From Marsupella aquatica (Eukaryota > Plantae > Marchantiophyta): 64,000 nucleotides of DNA. Within the stretch, counting starts at the first letter, position 1. Each line of letters begins with the position of its first letter. A program made the translations under genes and the position numbers. The notes beneath the pieces were generated by a model, which saw only the letters and a list, made by a program, of their open reading frames with translations, had not been told where the DNA came from and did not search any database. This document shows positions 37,572 to 51,470 of the stretch, piece after piece. The stretch lies in the NCBI GenBank assembly GCA_973895155.1, contig OZ316891.1, forward strand, positions 3,113,801 to 3,177,800, in the 5' to 3' direction.

Positions 37572-38519
37572 ATGACCACTGCAGCAAAGCTTTGGAGACC
37601 CAGGCTCATGGCTTCTCTTAGCACTTGCTCGATGTATAGTCACCGATATACGCTCAGTCCTCCGCAGCTGTGTCCACCTACTCGTGGAGGACAGAAACCA
37701 GCATCAGCATCAGTATCACGGAGGAAATCTAGCCTGGGGCTTGCGACGTGGTTTAGAGATGCATCCGGAGGACCTGCTTTCCGGCAGCAATCGACGTTTT
37801 TGAGGACGAGTGGATTCAATTCCAAGCAGTTGATCGTGGGGACAGCTGAAAGGCAGGGAGTAAAGCAACAGCATGGAAATAGAGCTGGGGGAGTGCGGGC
37901 TCTGTTCACGGGGATTGTGGAGGAGATGGGCACAGTGAAAGAGGTGAAGCAGGTGGAAAAGGATGGCTTTGAAATGACCATAGCTGGAAGTGTGGTGCTT
38001 GAGGGTGTGAAGCTGGGTGACAGCATTGCAGTGAATGGGACTTGCCTCACGGTAATTCGGTTCGATGCAGAGTCGTTTTCCGTGGGGCTGGCGCCAGAGA
38101 CGCTGAGGAGGACGTCGTTAGGGGAGGCAGAGGTTGGAGCCTTTGTCAACTTGGAGCGCTCCTTGCAACCCACCTCAAGAATGGGAGGTCACTTCGTTCA
38201 GGGCCATGTGGATGGGACGGGGACCATTGTGTCTTTTGAGCCTGAGGGAGATTCTCTGTGGGTGAAGGTGGCAGCGAGTCCCGACCTTCTGAAGTACATT
38301 GTCCCCAAGGGCTACATTTCGGTGGATGGCACCAGTCTGACCGTGGTGAAGGTTCTCGATGACGAGAGCGCGTTCACGTTTATGCTGGTGGCCTACACTC
38401 AGCAGAAGATTGTGGTTCCGTTGAAGAAAGTTGGCAGCAAGGTCAATCTGGAGGTGGACATTGTTGGGAAGTATGTGGAACGACTTCTGCAAGGGTATAA
38501 ATTACCGTCACTTGCATAG
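37572..38519 (+). CDS. Riboflavin synthase (alpha-chain type) with a probable plastid transit peptide, single exon
   Basis: LFTGIVEEMG, GDSIAVNGTCLTV, VNLERSL...MGGHFVQGHVDG, KGYISVDGTSLTV and VNLEVDIVGKYVERL. First ATG at 37572; a later in-frame ATG is an alternative start. Confidence 0.95.
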   Translation: MTTAAKLWRPRLMASLSTCSMYSHRYTLSPPQLCPPTRGGQKPASASVSRRKSSLGLATWFRDASGGPAFRQQSTFLRTSGFNSKQLIVGTAERQGVKQQHGNRAGGVRALFTGIVEEMGTVKEVKQVEKDGFEMTIAGSVVLEGVKLGDSIAVNGTCLTVIRFDAESFSVGLAPETLRRTSLGEAEVGAFVNLERSLQPTSRMGGHFVQGHVDGTGTIVSFEPEGDSLWVKVAASPDLLKYIVPKGYISVDGTSLTVVKVLDDESAFTFMLVAYTQQKIVVPLKKVGSKVNLEVDIVGKYVERLLQGYKLPSLA

Positions 38520-41500
38520 TGAAGCTGTGAACGGTCTTTCTTCAAAGTTTTTTGTCATCATGGACTTGGATGAGTTGTTCAGCGATGCACCTCCAAGCTG
38601 CTTGTCCGACCCTGCTGGAAGAGGAGTTCTATGCAGTTGGGAATCTTTTCTTCAGCAACAGATCGTGTTTTTGGTTTGGACTAAGGATTTGAGGCTGAGG
38701 GTTAGGGGCTAGGAAAATTTAAGTTTGGCAGCCTCTTGTGCCTACGCAGTTCCGGATATTGTATTCGGAAATGAGAACAGCTCATGATCCTGCCCGGCGA
38801 TTTTGGCTCAGAAGTCAAGGTCGAGGGTTGAGGGTTGAGGGCATTAAGGTTGGGCAGCCTCTATCTTGGGAATTTGCACTGGGAGATGATAGTGTGACCC
38901 GGGTTGTGTGTTGCCCCGGTGCTTGGGACGAGTGAGGCAGTGCAAGCAGGAAGTTAATCCGGCCATTATCTAAAAGTAGTCAGGGCTAGCTGTTTGTAAT
39001 TGGGATTTGCGGATGACAATTGGGATTTGCGGATGACAATTTAATTCGAATGGCGAGTTGGCCTTGTTGCCTGGTGCGTGAGAACCTGTGGGATGGAAAC
39101 TACTTAAAAGTAGGTAGGAAGTTACTTAGTAAATGGCATTTGCAAAGCCAAGAGCATTACGATTATATCATTGCGCGATGTTCTAGGAAGAATTCTTACA
39201 TGGATTGCAAGGAAACCATGACTCTTTTAATGTAAGTCGTGTCTATGGGAAGAGTATCTCTTACTACTGTTATTCTATTGATTTAAGCTTTTGCTTAGGT
39301 CTTGGGAATGTACTTTGCTCGGCAGAGAGTATAGTTCCGGTTCATATGGAGGATATGACGATTGAAAGCATTAGTCATGGCCAGGATAGAAGCTTCCTAA
39401 TTGCAGAATTTGGATTCCCTGAAACGTATAGGGTTGATTCGTTTGGAAGGTAACTCGTTCTGCACAAGGCAGTGGGTTGCCACAGAGAGCTGGGGTTAAT
39501 TATTCATCGTGTTTTGCTTGCCACAGCTTGTCAATGAGCAGCGAAACTTCAAAATCTTTCAGGACTTTGAGACCGTGCGTTTTGTGGCTACTCAAAATTC
39601 TAAGGCTGATCAACCTTGACTCGAGTCTGTACGAGTTTAGGGATGATCAAGCTTGTCTCGAGTCGATATGAGTTCAGGCAGGAGTGCAACCATACGTTAT
39701 TCTTTGGGTGCGCGAACTTTATCGTACTATTTTGCTTCACAGCTAATAAAATTTACTTGAACCCAGCAGTGCTCAAGTGGAATTTGGTTTTTCCTCATAT
39801 CAGTCTCTATATTACTCATGGCAAATGTATGTGTCAGGTTCCAGACGTTGGCACATTGTTGAAGCACCCGTTGATTGGGATTCTTGAAGTGAGAGTCAAT
39901 CCAGTGCGCCACCTCTATGCTGCTCGGCGTAGCGTTTTGATCGAGAATGAACCATAAACTTGTGAGAAATGAACTGCTGATAACTTAAACATTTTGAAAG
40001 TTTTTCACTTTAGTATGCTGTTTGTTGGGTTGTATGATGAAGTAGACGGAGGTTCGGTTCTAGAGTATCCTGATCACAGACCTATATCAATTCCGCCCAT
40101 TTCTGACACACTGCTGGCAATGAGGATAGGGGGCCAGTGCTACTTCTTGCTTCCCTCGTGGACAAATCGTGAAAAGGAGACCAATGAAAAACAGAGGACG
40201 AGCTTCATTAGTATCAATCATTCTACAACATGCTCCGAAGGCTAAGGGTATTGAGCCTCGCCGACATTGTATCTTGAGAGTAGGGGAGAGATCTCGAAGA
40301 TTGGTTCCACTTCCGATACACTTGATATTTGAGCATTGACAGATCAATCCAAAGTGACACTATCCCTTGCGAAGTACGAACATAAAATCCTTCCCAGCTA
40401 AGTTGCCCTCAGAAATAAGTGCCATAGCAAACTTTCTCTAACAGGGGGCACTCTCATGAATTGCTAGATTGACGGATGCACTGCTATCATTTTGGCATGA
40501 ACTCCAAAACTTCCGTACTTCAAGCGGAGATGATGTTAGGACTTCAGATGCCAGAAATCCAATACATGTGGCTAATACATAATGTTCAACGATTCACAAT
40601 GAGAAAGAGAGTGAGGCATGAGCTACGAGATACGAGATATGGTCATGTTCAATTCCAATGAGTTTATTAGTCCCTGACTTGAAGAGATCTGGCGTTTGAA
40701 GCTGCAGTGAAGGCTTAGCACTGAAATCTGCTCCAAGCTGTTTTTCTTCCTTCTGAAGCAATACTGTTAGCCAGGGTGGCTTACAAGAAGTCAAGGGCCA
40801 ATTGTCTTCTTATTGTTTCCTCTAAATTTAATTTTGGATTCCATAAAGAATAGAATTTCTCCAGTTGGCTTCACAAAACCGGGTGTCTTTGCAAGAAGTG
40901 AAGGGTCAATTGTCGTCTTTGTATTCCCTCTAAGATTACTCTGGATTGTTTAAAGAGTGAAAATCGCTCCAGTTGGGTTCACAACTCATCAGGTATTGTA
41001 TCTACCCATCCTATAAAGCAGTGGCTTAAAGTAATTGTGGTCTGGAGTATAGAACAAGAGGTGGCTTTGGTGGGAAAAAGTCACAAGTGCCCGCAAGTCT
41101 CGGTCAAAAGAGATTCAAGACGTGCAAGCATTCCATTCCCAAAACACGGCCCTCGTGCGTCGGGCATCATCATCAGGCCCCAGGTCAAACGCTCCGAGCC
41201 CACCTAGACGCCTCGCCTTCTCTCATCCTGGCCCTTGAGCTTATTCTCGCCTCGCCATGGTTGTCATCTCTGCCTTCACTGTCTTTTCGCCAGTGCATCC
41301 TTCTCGACCCTCGTATGGACAGTCGGTCCGTCAGCAAACCAGTCATTCAGTCACTTCAGCTCGAACACAGTTATGCTGAAGTTTGGCCGATTCCGATCTG
41401 TTGCTCTAAGCGTTCATGAGTAATTGCTCGACGACCATATTTTCGCGGCTTACAACATTACATGTTGTGGCAGGGAGACTGATCTTGCCGTGTTTGAAAA

Positions 41501-41754
41501 CAGACGTCGCGTTGTTCCCATTCTTCGTGCAAGTAATCGAGAGCTAGTGCAGATTGCCATAGCCGTCGTTTACTTGCTCAAAGAATGCTAACAAGGAGAC
41601 GTTGTAGCCTCGATTTGTGATGCTGAACGTTGATTTCATGGCTTTTTAGGGTGATTTCAGTTCAGGGTCGGTGGTCGGTTGTCCAAATCACCACCGTCAG
41701 GTACTGAAGTTAGAACTGGCCAGCAGGAATCCGCCATGCAGTGGTCCCAGACTT

Positions 41755-41935
41755 GAGCTCCATGCTCGTGGCCGCAGAGAAGGTTGATATGTCTACGTTA
41801 GAAATTATCTTTGCTACTGCGGAATTTGCAATTAAGGGCAAGAAGAGCTCCACGCTCAAGGCCGCCGAGAATCTTGAAATGTCAATTTTAGAGGTTATCT
41901 TTGCTACTGCAAATTTGGCCAATTAAGGGCAGGAG
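41755..41935 (+). pseudogene. Decayed ~30-33 aa repeat fragment, ankyrin-like
   Basis: Two tandem units, SSMLVAAEKVDMSTLEIIFATAEFAIKGK and SSTLKAAENLEMSILEVIFATANLAN*GQ, with an in-frame stop in the second. Confidence 0.3.
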
Positions 41936-42569
41936 ATCGCAGCTGCTCTTCGAAGATAACAAGCAGCGATCACTCTAGAAGACACATAACTGCAAGTATT
42001 TGCTTTCAGCCAACGTCCACAGTTTCATATGTTTATAAAAAGCCCACAAACAGCTGTGGGTCAAACACGCTTTAGAAACCTAAAAACACACTCCATGTGC
42101 ATAATTATCAATTCCACGACTAATTCCGAATGAAGATTTTCGCCTCTTGCCTTTAGGTTTTCACACCTAGCGCTTGGACTGTCATTCCAATGACACTTTG
42201 CAAATTCAGTTTGCGCACTTTCCAATGACAATTGCAAATTCAGTTTGCGCACTTTCTGCGTTGGCGAGTGTTGTCATTCGAGAACTTTCAGGTTCGGTGG
42301 TTTTTCGGGGAGCAGGATGTGGCCGCGAGTTGGAGCTGGGTTGACAAGTGACCAGTGATTTGAGTCAGTCCGTGCGTGGATAACGCATGGATCTTGAGTT
42401 TTAGCACCACGATAGGCGATGATTTAGGGACCTTGCGTGCACGGCATCCTTGACAGCAGAAATTGCCAGCTTGGCAGCTCAGTGCTGGAGGCTCGATGTC
42501 AGCAGCTTCCCAGCTTGAAGTCTACTGTAGTATGCAAAGTTCAGCGTCCTCCATGCCCTGCCCTTCGCT

Positions 42570-42870
42570 TCGACGAAAGCATACCCAATCCACCATGTTC
42601 CATACCTAGAGGACAGTTGTCATGAGAATCATGCGAAGATAGAAAAATCCAATTCACCATTTTCCATAGCTAGAGGACAGTTTCGCTTGGACGAAAGCAT
42701 ACCCTATTCACCATTTTCCATATCTAGAGGACAGTTGTCATGAGAATCGTGTGAAGAGAGAACAATCCAATTCACCATTTTCCATAGCTACTGTAGAGGA
42801 CAGTTTCACTTGGACGAAAGCATACCCAAATCACCATTTTCCATAGCTAGAGGACAGTTTTCACGAGAAT
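42570..42870 (+). repeat. Dimeric higher-order tandem repeat: ~28 bp core (caccattttccatagctagaggacagtt) with two alternating linkers
   Basis: Five core copies, with linkers alternating between catgagaatc... and cttggacgaaagcatacc. Confidence 0.9.
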
Positions 42871-42964
42871 GATCTTCCTCATTTCCTTTCAAAACAAAAA
42901 TGAACAAAATTAGTCTAACCAGGACGAGGCACTATGATGCCAATGATCAGGTAGTCCCCAATCC

Positions 42965-43360
42965 CAAAGGAGGGAGACTCAATAGAGGGGAGAAAACCAG
43001 GAAAACCCCAGGAGCCAAAGGAAGGAGACCTATAAACCGAAAAAAGTAGGAAATGTAGGAGACAAGGAAGGAGAGAAAACCAGGGAAAACCAGGAGCAAA
43101 AGGAAGGAGACTCAATAAAAGGGGAGAAAACCAGGAAAAAACTAGAAGACAAAGGAAGTAGACCCAATAAACTGAAGAGAATTAGGGAAAACCTAGGAGA
43201 CATAGGAAGGAGATCCAATAAAGGAGAGAAAACCAGGAGACAAAGGAAGGAGACTCAATAAAGGGGAGAAAACCAGGGGAAACCCAGGAGACAAAGGAAT
43301 AATAAAGGGGAGAAAAAAACTCCAAAGGCAAGAGACCCCACTAAAGGGAGATAACCAAGG
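42965..43360 (+). repeat. Purine-rich minisatellite (ggagaaaaccagg.../caaaggaaggagactcaata)
   Basis: Directly visible repeated units with a strong A/G skew. Confidence 0.85.
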
Positions 43361-44622
43361 AAAAACTTAGAAAGACCTCCCAGAAGGAGGGAGACCCAAC
43401 AAATTAAGGGGACAAACTAAGGCACAACTCACTAGAGAGGCTCCCAAAGGCAGGAGACTCAGTAAACGAAGAAAACTAGTGAAAACCCAAGAAGACCAAA
43501 TGGCAAAATAGCCAGACAGTCTCCTATAGCAAAAGTACCAAAGCCCTAGTGAGCAACATACAATCTGAATTATAATGGAACGATGGAAAAGTCCATCAAG
43601 AGTGCAGTCAATGCAAATAGCTCTTCTGACCTCAAGCATGACGTTAGCAACTACTCAATGTCTAGCACGAGATGGCAGACCTTAACTTATGACACACCTT
43701 GCCTTTCATTTTGACTTTCTCAAACCAGTTCAATTGTTGGCTGGTCTATGGGGGCATTATTTCTGGAGTTGTCCAATTGTTGTACTTATGACTGCATTAA
43801 ATCTACACCAGCCTGAACTCAAACCAAAGACACATTTGTTTGGGGTTCGCAAATACCTTGCCTTGGTTTTTGTTTGTTTTGGCTGTTCCCACCATTTTGT
43901 TTGTGGGTACCAAATACTGTATCTTGGCTTGTGTTATAGCTATATAGAGGTCATCAGCAGGTGTAGATTTAACACTGACTGTACCTTTGTTGGCCCACTA
44001 ATTTTTTTCTCCCTGTTTATTTTGATCTCTTTGGACTTCTAGCAAGAGACAATTTGATGGCATGAATTTGCCTGGAACATCTCCAGCCACAAATAGAGGT
44101 ATACCATGAAAAGGTATATCATCTGGAAACCCAAGTCCAAATCATTAATTAATAGTGACTGCTATTTCTGTTTACATTAAAGCATCTCAAACCTCACCCA
44201 CTTGAAGAAATTAGTTTTTACTGTTTTGTACAAGCCTACCCCTAACTAGACATAATCCTCTGTGGTTATTTAATCCCTTAATTAGGTGACATCGATCTCA
44301 GCCACAGGGTTTCACTTCCTTAAAGGGACAACTAGAGGCTGAGAAAAAGTACCAATATAACAAAAAAGTGCCAAACAAATTATAATACATAAAAGCAAAA
44401 GGAGTCAAGTGAGGAGTAACAGCAAAGTAACCCCCAAAACCCAGAAAGAGTAAATAAGAGAAAAGATCTGAGTGTGATAGCTAAGGGTCCACATCTGATG
44501 CAATAATGTGATGAGCTACAAGGGTCCACATCTACTCTAAGGGCGCAAGTTATTTGTTTTTGCTTACCGGTACTCATGCCTACAAATATGCGATGGAATG
44601 CTTGGGCTTGAGTACGCTAGAA

Positions 44623-45189
44623 TGTCACTGAGATCCGCTTACAAAAGTGTTGTCAAAACAGATAGGGGTTGTCCCATGGGACCTCCCAGTCCATGAATGT
44701 CTTGAGCAACCTGTCCAATGAGCCCATCAAATGCAGAGGAGATCAGGGAGGAGAGCCAGAGAATCACAACCATGGAAACTTCTCTATAGAGAGACAACTG
44801 GAAGGGCAAACTTAAGGCATCCAATAGATATTAAGTATTGAACAACTTGTAGAAAGAGTGAGTAACAGATATGCAACTTGTTCCAATATTAGTGAAGGGT
44901 CTTTTTAGTATATTAAACTTGCCTCCAACAATTTTTGGGTCCTCCATTCAGTTCACAACATGCCTTCTAGAACCAACTGGCTCTGGTCACTAGCCAGGGG
45001 ATGAGCCTAGAACCTAGAGGTCCCAGGTTCAATTCCCCTCCCTCTCCACAAGCAAGGGGTGTGGAGGATATGTGTGTTTGTGGGTAGGTGTGATGTACAT
45101 CTTGGTTTCTCCTCGAACCCTTGCTGGTCCCTTCTCTCTCTCGTGGTCTGGGGTTGTGTAGGATCCCTAGGTATTGTCTCCTTGTGACG
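44623..45189. mobile_element. Probable solo LTR (567 bp)
   Basis: Ends are TGTCAC...GTGACg, with flanks tagaa / tagca (4 of 5 match as a TSD). Confidence 0.55.
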
Positions 45190-46623
45190 TAGCAGAACTT
45201 CTATCATCTGTTGGATGGGTCAGGCTTGCAAGGCCCCCCCCAAAATACATGCTCTGGATCTGCTTTCGATCTCCATTGAATATGTTCAATAAAGGCAATC
45301 AAGCTCGCAATCAAGCGAGGCAACCATCAGAAGCCCCAATAGTTGCAGTCTTTGTTAACAAAATATATACAGTAGTTGTAGATTAAAAACGTTCGTCAGT
45401 ATGAGTCCTTCTGAATCACTGAACGTATTTCGGTCGTAGGAGCTAGCTACAGTAGCTAGATCTACTGGACCATGCATGGAGTTGAAGCTGCCGATCAGCC
45501 CTCTCAGCTAGACTCGCAACTCTCAATTCCAATCATGCACTAATCATCATCAATAAGTAAGGCCAGGTGTGTAAAATCTTGCTACGATATTGATGCAGTG
45601 CCGGACCTGCAGGCGGGAACGTCTTCCCACTCAGCCTGCTTGTCCATGTTATTCAAGTTCTTGAATTTTGAAAGGCAAGAAGACTTCAATTTGTTGCAAT
45701 GGCGCACCTCAAATCGCCAGCGACTCAATTCAAGTACAGTAGTTTCTTATGTTCAATCGTGTTGATCAACCAAATGGGGAATTGCACGATCTGTCGATCA
45801 GCTACAGTTGCTTCTGGACCTAGATGTAGTCCAACGAGTCCAACTAGTCCATAGACATGCGTATATATGTAAATATGCCGTCATGCCGATGGACTTCGTC
45901 AGGGGTCCAATTTGCATCTCCGTCCATGCACGTGCAAAGAGAATCGACAGAAAACACTTTGGGGACCAGACCAGTGAAGCAAATTTTATGGACTGAGCAA
46001 GAAATGCTATTCCAGAAAAGTGCAGTAGATCTCCCGTCCTAGAAAAGTGAGCCAGACAGTTTACTTCATGTCAGCGGCCAAAGAATTAAATACATGTGCG
46101 TCGATTCAGACGCACGTTTGTTTGTTTTTGTTGGATCAAGAAGTTTCTTCAATTTCTCGTCTCATTTCTTTCAAGATCTCGATTTAACCTCAAATTAACT
46201 ACTGTACTACCGCGCGGAGCGCTCTCGCTGGCTCCGTTACTGGCGTTAATTTGATCACCTGATTTGGGGTGCAAAATGACCTGTCATTGATTGTATCAGT
46301 CTAATTAACAAGAGAGAGATCTTACTAACGTTTCCCTGTATTCCTACCTTACTAAACCAGCTGATTGATTTCGTTTACTTGGAATGAATTCGCGAGCACT
46401 CTGACGAGCTTGAGAAAGGTCTATCAACTGGAACTCCAGATCGATCAAAATTAATCGTTCGGGGCCAAATTTGATACGCAGCATGCTGTCTAATAATTGC
46501 AAGCAGTGACATGCGATCGATGTGTGGGATAGCGGCAAATGTTTCAACAATTAATCTACGCGAAGGGTACGCCATGTATGAGCGAGTGAGCTAGCCAGCT
46601 CAAGATCGCTCGATTCGAGGCCT

Positions 46624-48135
46624 TTATGTTGCTACAGACTTGGCATCTTGGACAATGGGAGCCCACAAGTTTTTGCCGAGGGTCTCCAACGGAGTGGCGG
46701 TGTCATTCCTGATCCGCTTCACCTTGGGTGTGCTGAGCGCCCTGTGTTGCAAGCCGTACTGGTTCAGGACTTGGTTGTCCGCAAAGTTGAAAGCTCGTTC
46801 CATCTGCTTCAGGCAGCGGTCGACCGAATAATCGCCATAGCTGCCGCAGGGCTTGCATCCAACAAAGTGAGTGACGAAGGGCCATCGGTCATCCCCGAAA
46901 CCGGGGTGGTTCTTCGCCATCACGTCCTCGAATTTATCGACGATTATCACCCAGTAGCCGTGGAGATAGTAGGAATTCTCCAAAAACACATAGGGTCTGA
47001 GCTGGTCTTCTCGCGTGGCGAGCAAATAGATGAGAGCTGATTGATCATCTGCCTCGAACTCTGGCCTGCCGGCGAGGGTGGCTGTAAGAACCTTACCCGC
47101 TTCCACTCGGATTTTGCCCTTGGGACCCATTGGAGCCCAGATGTCAAGGAGGTCAAGAGACCACTGGTTGTTGCGCAGGAGGAAGCTGCCGGTGTTCAGC
47201 CCCACCCAATTCTTTTTGGTGTACACAAGGTCGTCCCATCCGTGGAGCACCATGTTGTAATCCTTGTACTTCTCAAGGGGCAGCTCGAACAGCATGTCAG
47301 TGAACATGGCGTCACTGTCCATCCACCAGATCCACTCCACCTCGGGATGCGCCAGCATGAGCTTGCGGAGGAGGGGCAGCTTGGCCCAAAATCCTGCCAT
47401 TTCTTGGTCCAGATGGGCCATGTTGTAGAAGATCTCGATGTTGTGAAGGCGGCAGTAGTCGATCTTGTTCTTGATGGACTTCAGCAGATAGTGATCTCCG
47501 ACGGGATTGTCGCAAGGCTTCGGTTGCGAGCCCGTGACCAGAAGAATTTTGGCTTGGCCACCAGGGGGAACCTTCATGTGTGGGTTCTTCTCGAGCCATG
47601 CTACTCGTTGCTCGTTCCAGTTTTTGATTTCTGGGCCTAAGGTGTAAGGCACGTTGGGGTCGCTCTCCGGCTCAGGGAATTCTTCTTCTTCGAGCCTCCT
47701 CTCATCCACCTAAGAACATCATTCAAGAATACAAGTAAATTATCAGTAGAACATCTTAAAAGTTCAGAGATATATTCGATAAGTCAGTCAGATCGAGTGT
47801 GATTGATTGATTCAATCACGTGGTGACTGCTCGAAAGATAAGGTGCTAATCGGATCGATATATCGGAGAGAAGGGATCGAGGCAACTGTACGTACCTGCG
47901 CAAGGTTGCGCAAGCGTTCGTGACTGTTGTGGTCTGTAATTAGCATGGACTCGTCGTTCGAGAAAGTGGAAAAGACATTCCCGATGCCAACTGTCCCACG
48001 AAGAACCAGAATGGTGACGAATCCGCACAGCAGCGTGATCTTGACGCTTCCGAAAGTTCTTTGAAGGCTGCGCAACTTCAGAGGAGTCGATGACGTCGAT
48101 GGTAACAGCTTCTTGGGACTACTCGACCTCATCAT
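46624..48135 (-). CDS. GT34 glycosyltransferase, xyloglucan 6-xylosyltransferase (XXT-like), ~441 aa. Exons: 48135-47896 and 47709-46624
   Basis: Type II membrane anchor KITLLCGFVTILVLRGTVG; motifs LLVTGSQPKPCDNPVGDHYLLKSIKNKIDYCRLH, WWMDSDAMFTD, EADDQSALIYLL and WPFVTHFVGCKPC; phase-0 GT-AG intron 47895-47710. Confidence 0.95.
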
Positions 48136-51100
48136 GTTGGACCTTCCTCAATGATCAACCTTTGCCCAGCTCCAAACAATTAAAGTTTGTCCCAACCTAA
48201 GATAACTTCTCGATCAGATCGACTCTCAATTCCAATTCCCAGTACGTACGTCCTTCTAATTGAGTCTCGATCGAGAACCGAATTTCATGTCCCGGATCAG
48301 TACTACAGATCAATCAGACCAGTCTAGCTACTACTACTCTATATTTAAGCAAAATCGTTCGCTCGATCTTGAAGCAGCCGAAGCGGAGCTAATGAACATT
48401 CGATTGTCTGAACGAAGCCGATCGAGCTCCATGCAATGCAATTCAATCCGATTATATTGAGCAGAATATTGGACGCTCTTGCAATAGGAGAGGTGGGGCT
48501 GCTGTCTGTTCGGTCGTTCTTTTGACGAAGCCAAGCTCCACGCAATCCAATTACAAGCCAGCACGGACGACGGCGACGAGACGACGCTACCCCACACTTC
48601 GATTCTAGATTTTCCACCAACTCACTCTCCTCAGCTCCCTGTCCCCTCTTTCTTGGACGAGGTCTTCCCTCTACAATCAGCGGTCCCTTCAACTCTCGGA
48701 CGGACTCTTCTGCGCGCTCGGACTGCAGCAGTCTGGGAACTAAGGTAGCTTATCTTCGACCACCTTGCTGCCCAGAGTGCCCGCTTGCCAGCCCGAGTGC
48801 CCGCCGGGATGTCGTGTCTTGTACAGTAGTCATGTCATGCTTGATGGTGCTCCTGAGACCCGCCTGCCCTTGCGCCCAAAGCTAAGCAGAGCTACTGCTG
48901 TAATCATGCCATGCTCCTCTCGCGTGCCCGCCTCCACTACTACACCACCGTAGTCTCATACTCCCAGTCCTCAAATAAACCATGTCGTCCGTGACCTCAA
49001 TGGGCTCGTGTTCCTCGTTCACACCAAAAAAATCCTATCAAAGCAAGAAAGAGCAAGAGAAAGAAACGCTTCGAATCTCCACATGACTTGAAGAGTTCAG
49101 GAGAATGGTTGACCCAAGGACGAACAAACAAACGAAAATTCTGTTCTCACAGTCTACTACTGTAGTCTACAGTCGTACTCTAGTACGTCTATAACTTGAT
49201 TCACCTGCCTTCATCAGGAGTTCAGGACCATGATTGACCAAAGGACGAAAAAGTTACAAGCGAAAATTCTGTTGCTGCTTTCCGTTTTCAAGGCAAAAAA
49301 AGGAATTCTGTTGCTCTGGCTTGTAGACTGTACTTGATCGAAAATACTGTTGTTACCAGGGTCTACAGTCATAGAGTAGAGCTGTTGAGCAAAATTTGTT
49401 CTTAGTCTAAAGTTATACTCTAGCGCTTGATTATATGTGGGAAAGGGCATGAGGCGGTTCTTGGAAGGTCGCGGAAAGAAAGAAAGAAGGAAAGACAGAA
49501 TGAAAGAAGGAATTGAACGGAATGGAACGCCTGATCATGATATTGTACCGGAGTATGAATCCTGATCTGTTCCTGGAATTGCGCTAGTTCGAGCAGACAA
49601 TCATCCGGACGGTTAATTAAGGATCACTGATGAAGGAGAGGAGGGGTATCATGAATTGGTGAGGGCGCCAGGGGTGGTCCTGCCCTGTTTGCGGTGTTTT
49701 ATTTTATTAACACTACTTTTCCTGAGAAAAATAAATGGATGACGTGATCGGCGGGGAATTGAAGGTGTGCCCGTCGATCTTTGCACGGATCGGACGCAAG
49801 AGGCCTCTTTCTGAGAATTGTGTGCATAAATTCTATCTGATTGGTAAGCATCATGAATTGAATGTCAGTTGGGCACAGAGGAAGACATGACAGACGATTC
49901 ATTGACCGGACCACTTAATTCAGTTCAGGAAGAGACCCATCGTAGAGCAGCAATTTCAGGTGATAAATCTTGATCAGACCGAAGGTGGTGGGTGAGCGCT
50001 GGCGCACGTTAGTTATGCACCTAGGTCTCCTGAATCCGGTCCTGGATCGGCCAATTGCTTCGAATTCCAAACAACTTTCCAGGTATACCAATCTGGCCAG
50101 AACAATCATGAGAACGGTTGGGTAACTTTGGCATTTCTTGATCATTGCCAAAGAAACGAAAAATTGGCGCTTCGGTTCCTGTGCTGGTAATCCTAGATCA
50201 AGATTGAAAGCTTATGAACATTCACGCACTGAGCGTCTATATACGTCCCAGTATGAGTACAAGTCAGCCGTCTGCTCTGAGACCTGGCCGTGAAACGTTG
50301 GAGATGCCTCATGATTAAGGGAGTGCTTCGATGAATCGTCCAGACCTTTGAATTGCAATTTAAGGTTTGTTGATAGCGAGATCTGTTGTTTATTCTCCGT
50401 CTGGAAGAGAGGGAACTCAACAGATTCCGTTCGCTCTCCCCTTTGACTGAAGTGAAGGACACATGAGAATTCGCTATTTTAGTAGATGGTCTTAGTCGAG
50501 CACCCCCAATTAATCTGTCAGTGCATTAAATAGCTACTAGTGTTCGTAAATCTGCGCAACCCAGAAAAATGAAACAATTTGATCTGCTCACAGCTCAGTT
50601 CGTTACTTTGAGACCCTGCAGTTCTTTGACAGGTCTGTGAAGACAGACCCTTCCACTCTTCCAGTCTAGCACCAGTTAACTTGGACTACTCTTGGGGGAT
50701 GAGAGCTTACGGAGATTACAACACGTCGACCGATCTAGAAAAGTGAAGTAAAGCAGCTGATGTTTGGTGGACAAGGGCCCGCTGAGCTGGTTGGGCCCTG
50801 CATGATGGGCACTGCATGTAATAAGAAATTGAATAACCTAATCTGAATGTGCACAGAATGATATCGTTCCAATCAGTCGATTACAGAGCAAGGCAATTAA
50901 AAACCAAATTTAATCAGCCGATTAGAGAGCAAGGCACTTAATTAAAAGAAACAAATTGCATGTGTGAATAGTTAGAGTAGTTGAAAAGTGCTTAGTTCTG
51001 ACTAATGCAACCCTCCAACTTTATGGAGATGATTAATTGTCCCGACTTGGTAATGATGCACAAAGCCATAGTCAGCCAGACTGAAAGCTCGATAAGGACT

Positions 51101-51322
51101 CCGAGATTTTACAGACTGCATGTAGCCCCCTTCAAATTCAAGTAGTGACAAGTTTTTCGCAACTTGAGTATCCTAAAGAATAAAGATTTACTCCCGGGAT
51201 TTACTATCACATTGAATTCTGTGAAACTCTGCCCTCGCCACAAAACTAGTGATTCATAAATCGTGCTGTTTACTCGAAACTACACTCTTTCCAAGGACTA
51301 AGTGTGTGCAGTGACTCAGATT

Positions 51323-51470
51323 AATGTCAACTGTCCATGTTTAACCGGATTTCGTGACTCTCAATGTCAACTTTCCCTGTTCAGCCAGACTCAACGGCTC
51401 TCATTGTCAACTGTACATGTTCAACCGGACTCAGTGGCTCTCGTTGTGAACTGCCCATGCTCTTCCAGAC
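51323..51470 (+). repeat. 40 bp degenerate tandem repeat x ~4
   Basis: tgtcaactgtccatgtt.aacc.gact....g.ctctc units start at about 51325, 51365, 51405 and 51445. Confidence 0.8.

Noticed and set aside
37640-38492. Antisense and alternative-frame ORFs over riboflavin synthase (likewise over the XXT gene at 46640-47640)
   Set aside because: Shadow ORFs expected from the codon bias of the real gene.
37572-38519. Intronless, bacterial-like riboflavin synthase as a recent horizontal transfer
   Set aside because: Plants normally encode this enzyme in the nucleus with a transit peptide before LFTGIVEE, and nothing else suggests recent HGT.
38690-38850. Telomere-like gggttagggg / gagggttgagggtt stretches
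   Set aside because: Too short and imperfect to call interstitial telomeric repeats.
42570-42870. CRISPR-like array of ~28 bp repeats with intervening sequences
   Set aside because: The linkers alternate between two recurring sequences rather than being unique spacers. The context is eukaryotic and there are no cas genes.
44975-45045. tRNA/SINE-like B-box (ggttcaattcc)
   Set aside because: No convincing A-box or cloverleaf, and it lies inside a probable solo LTR.
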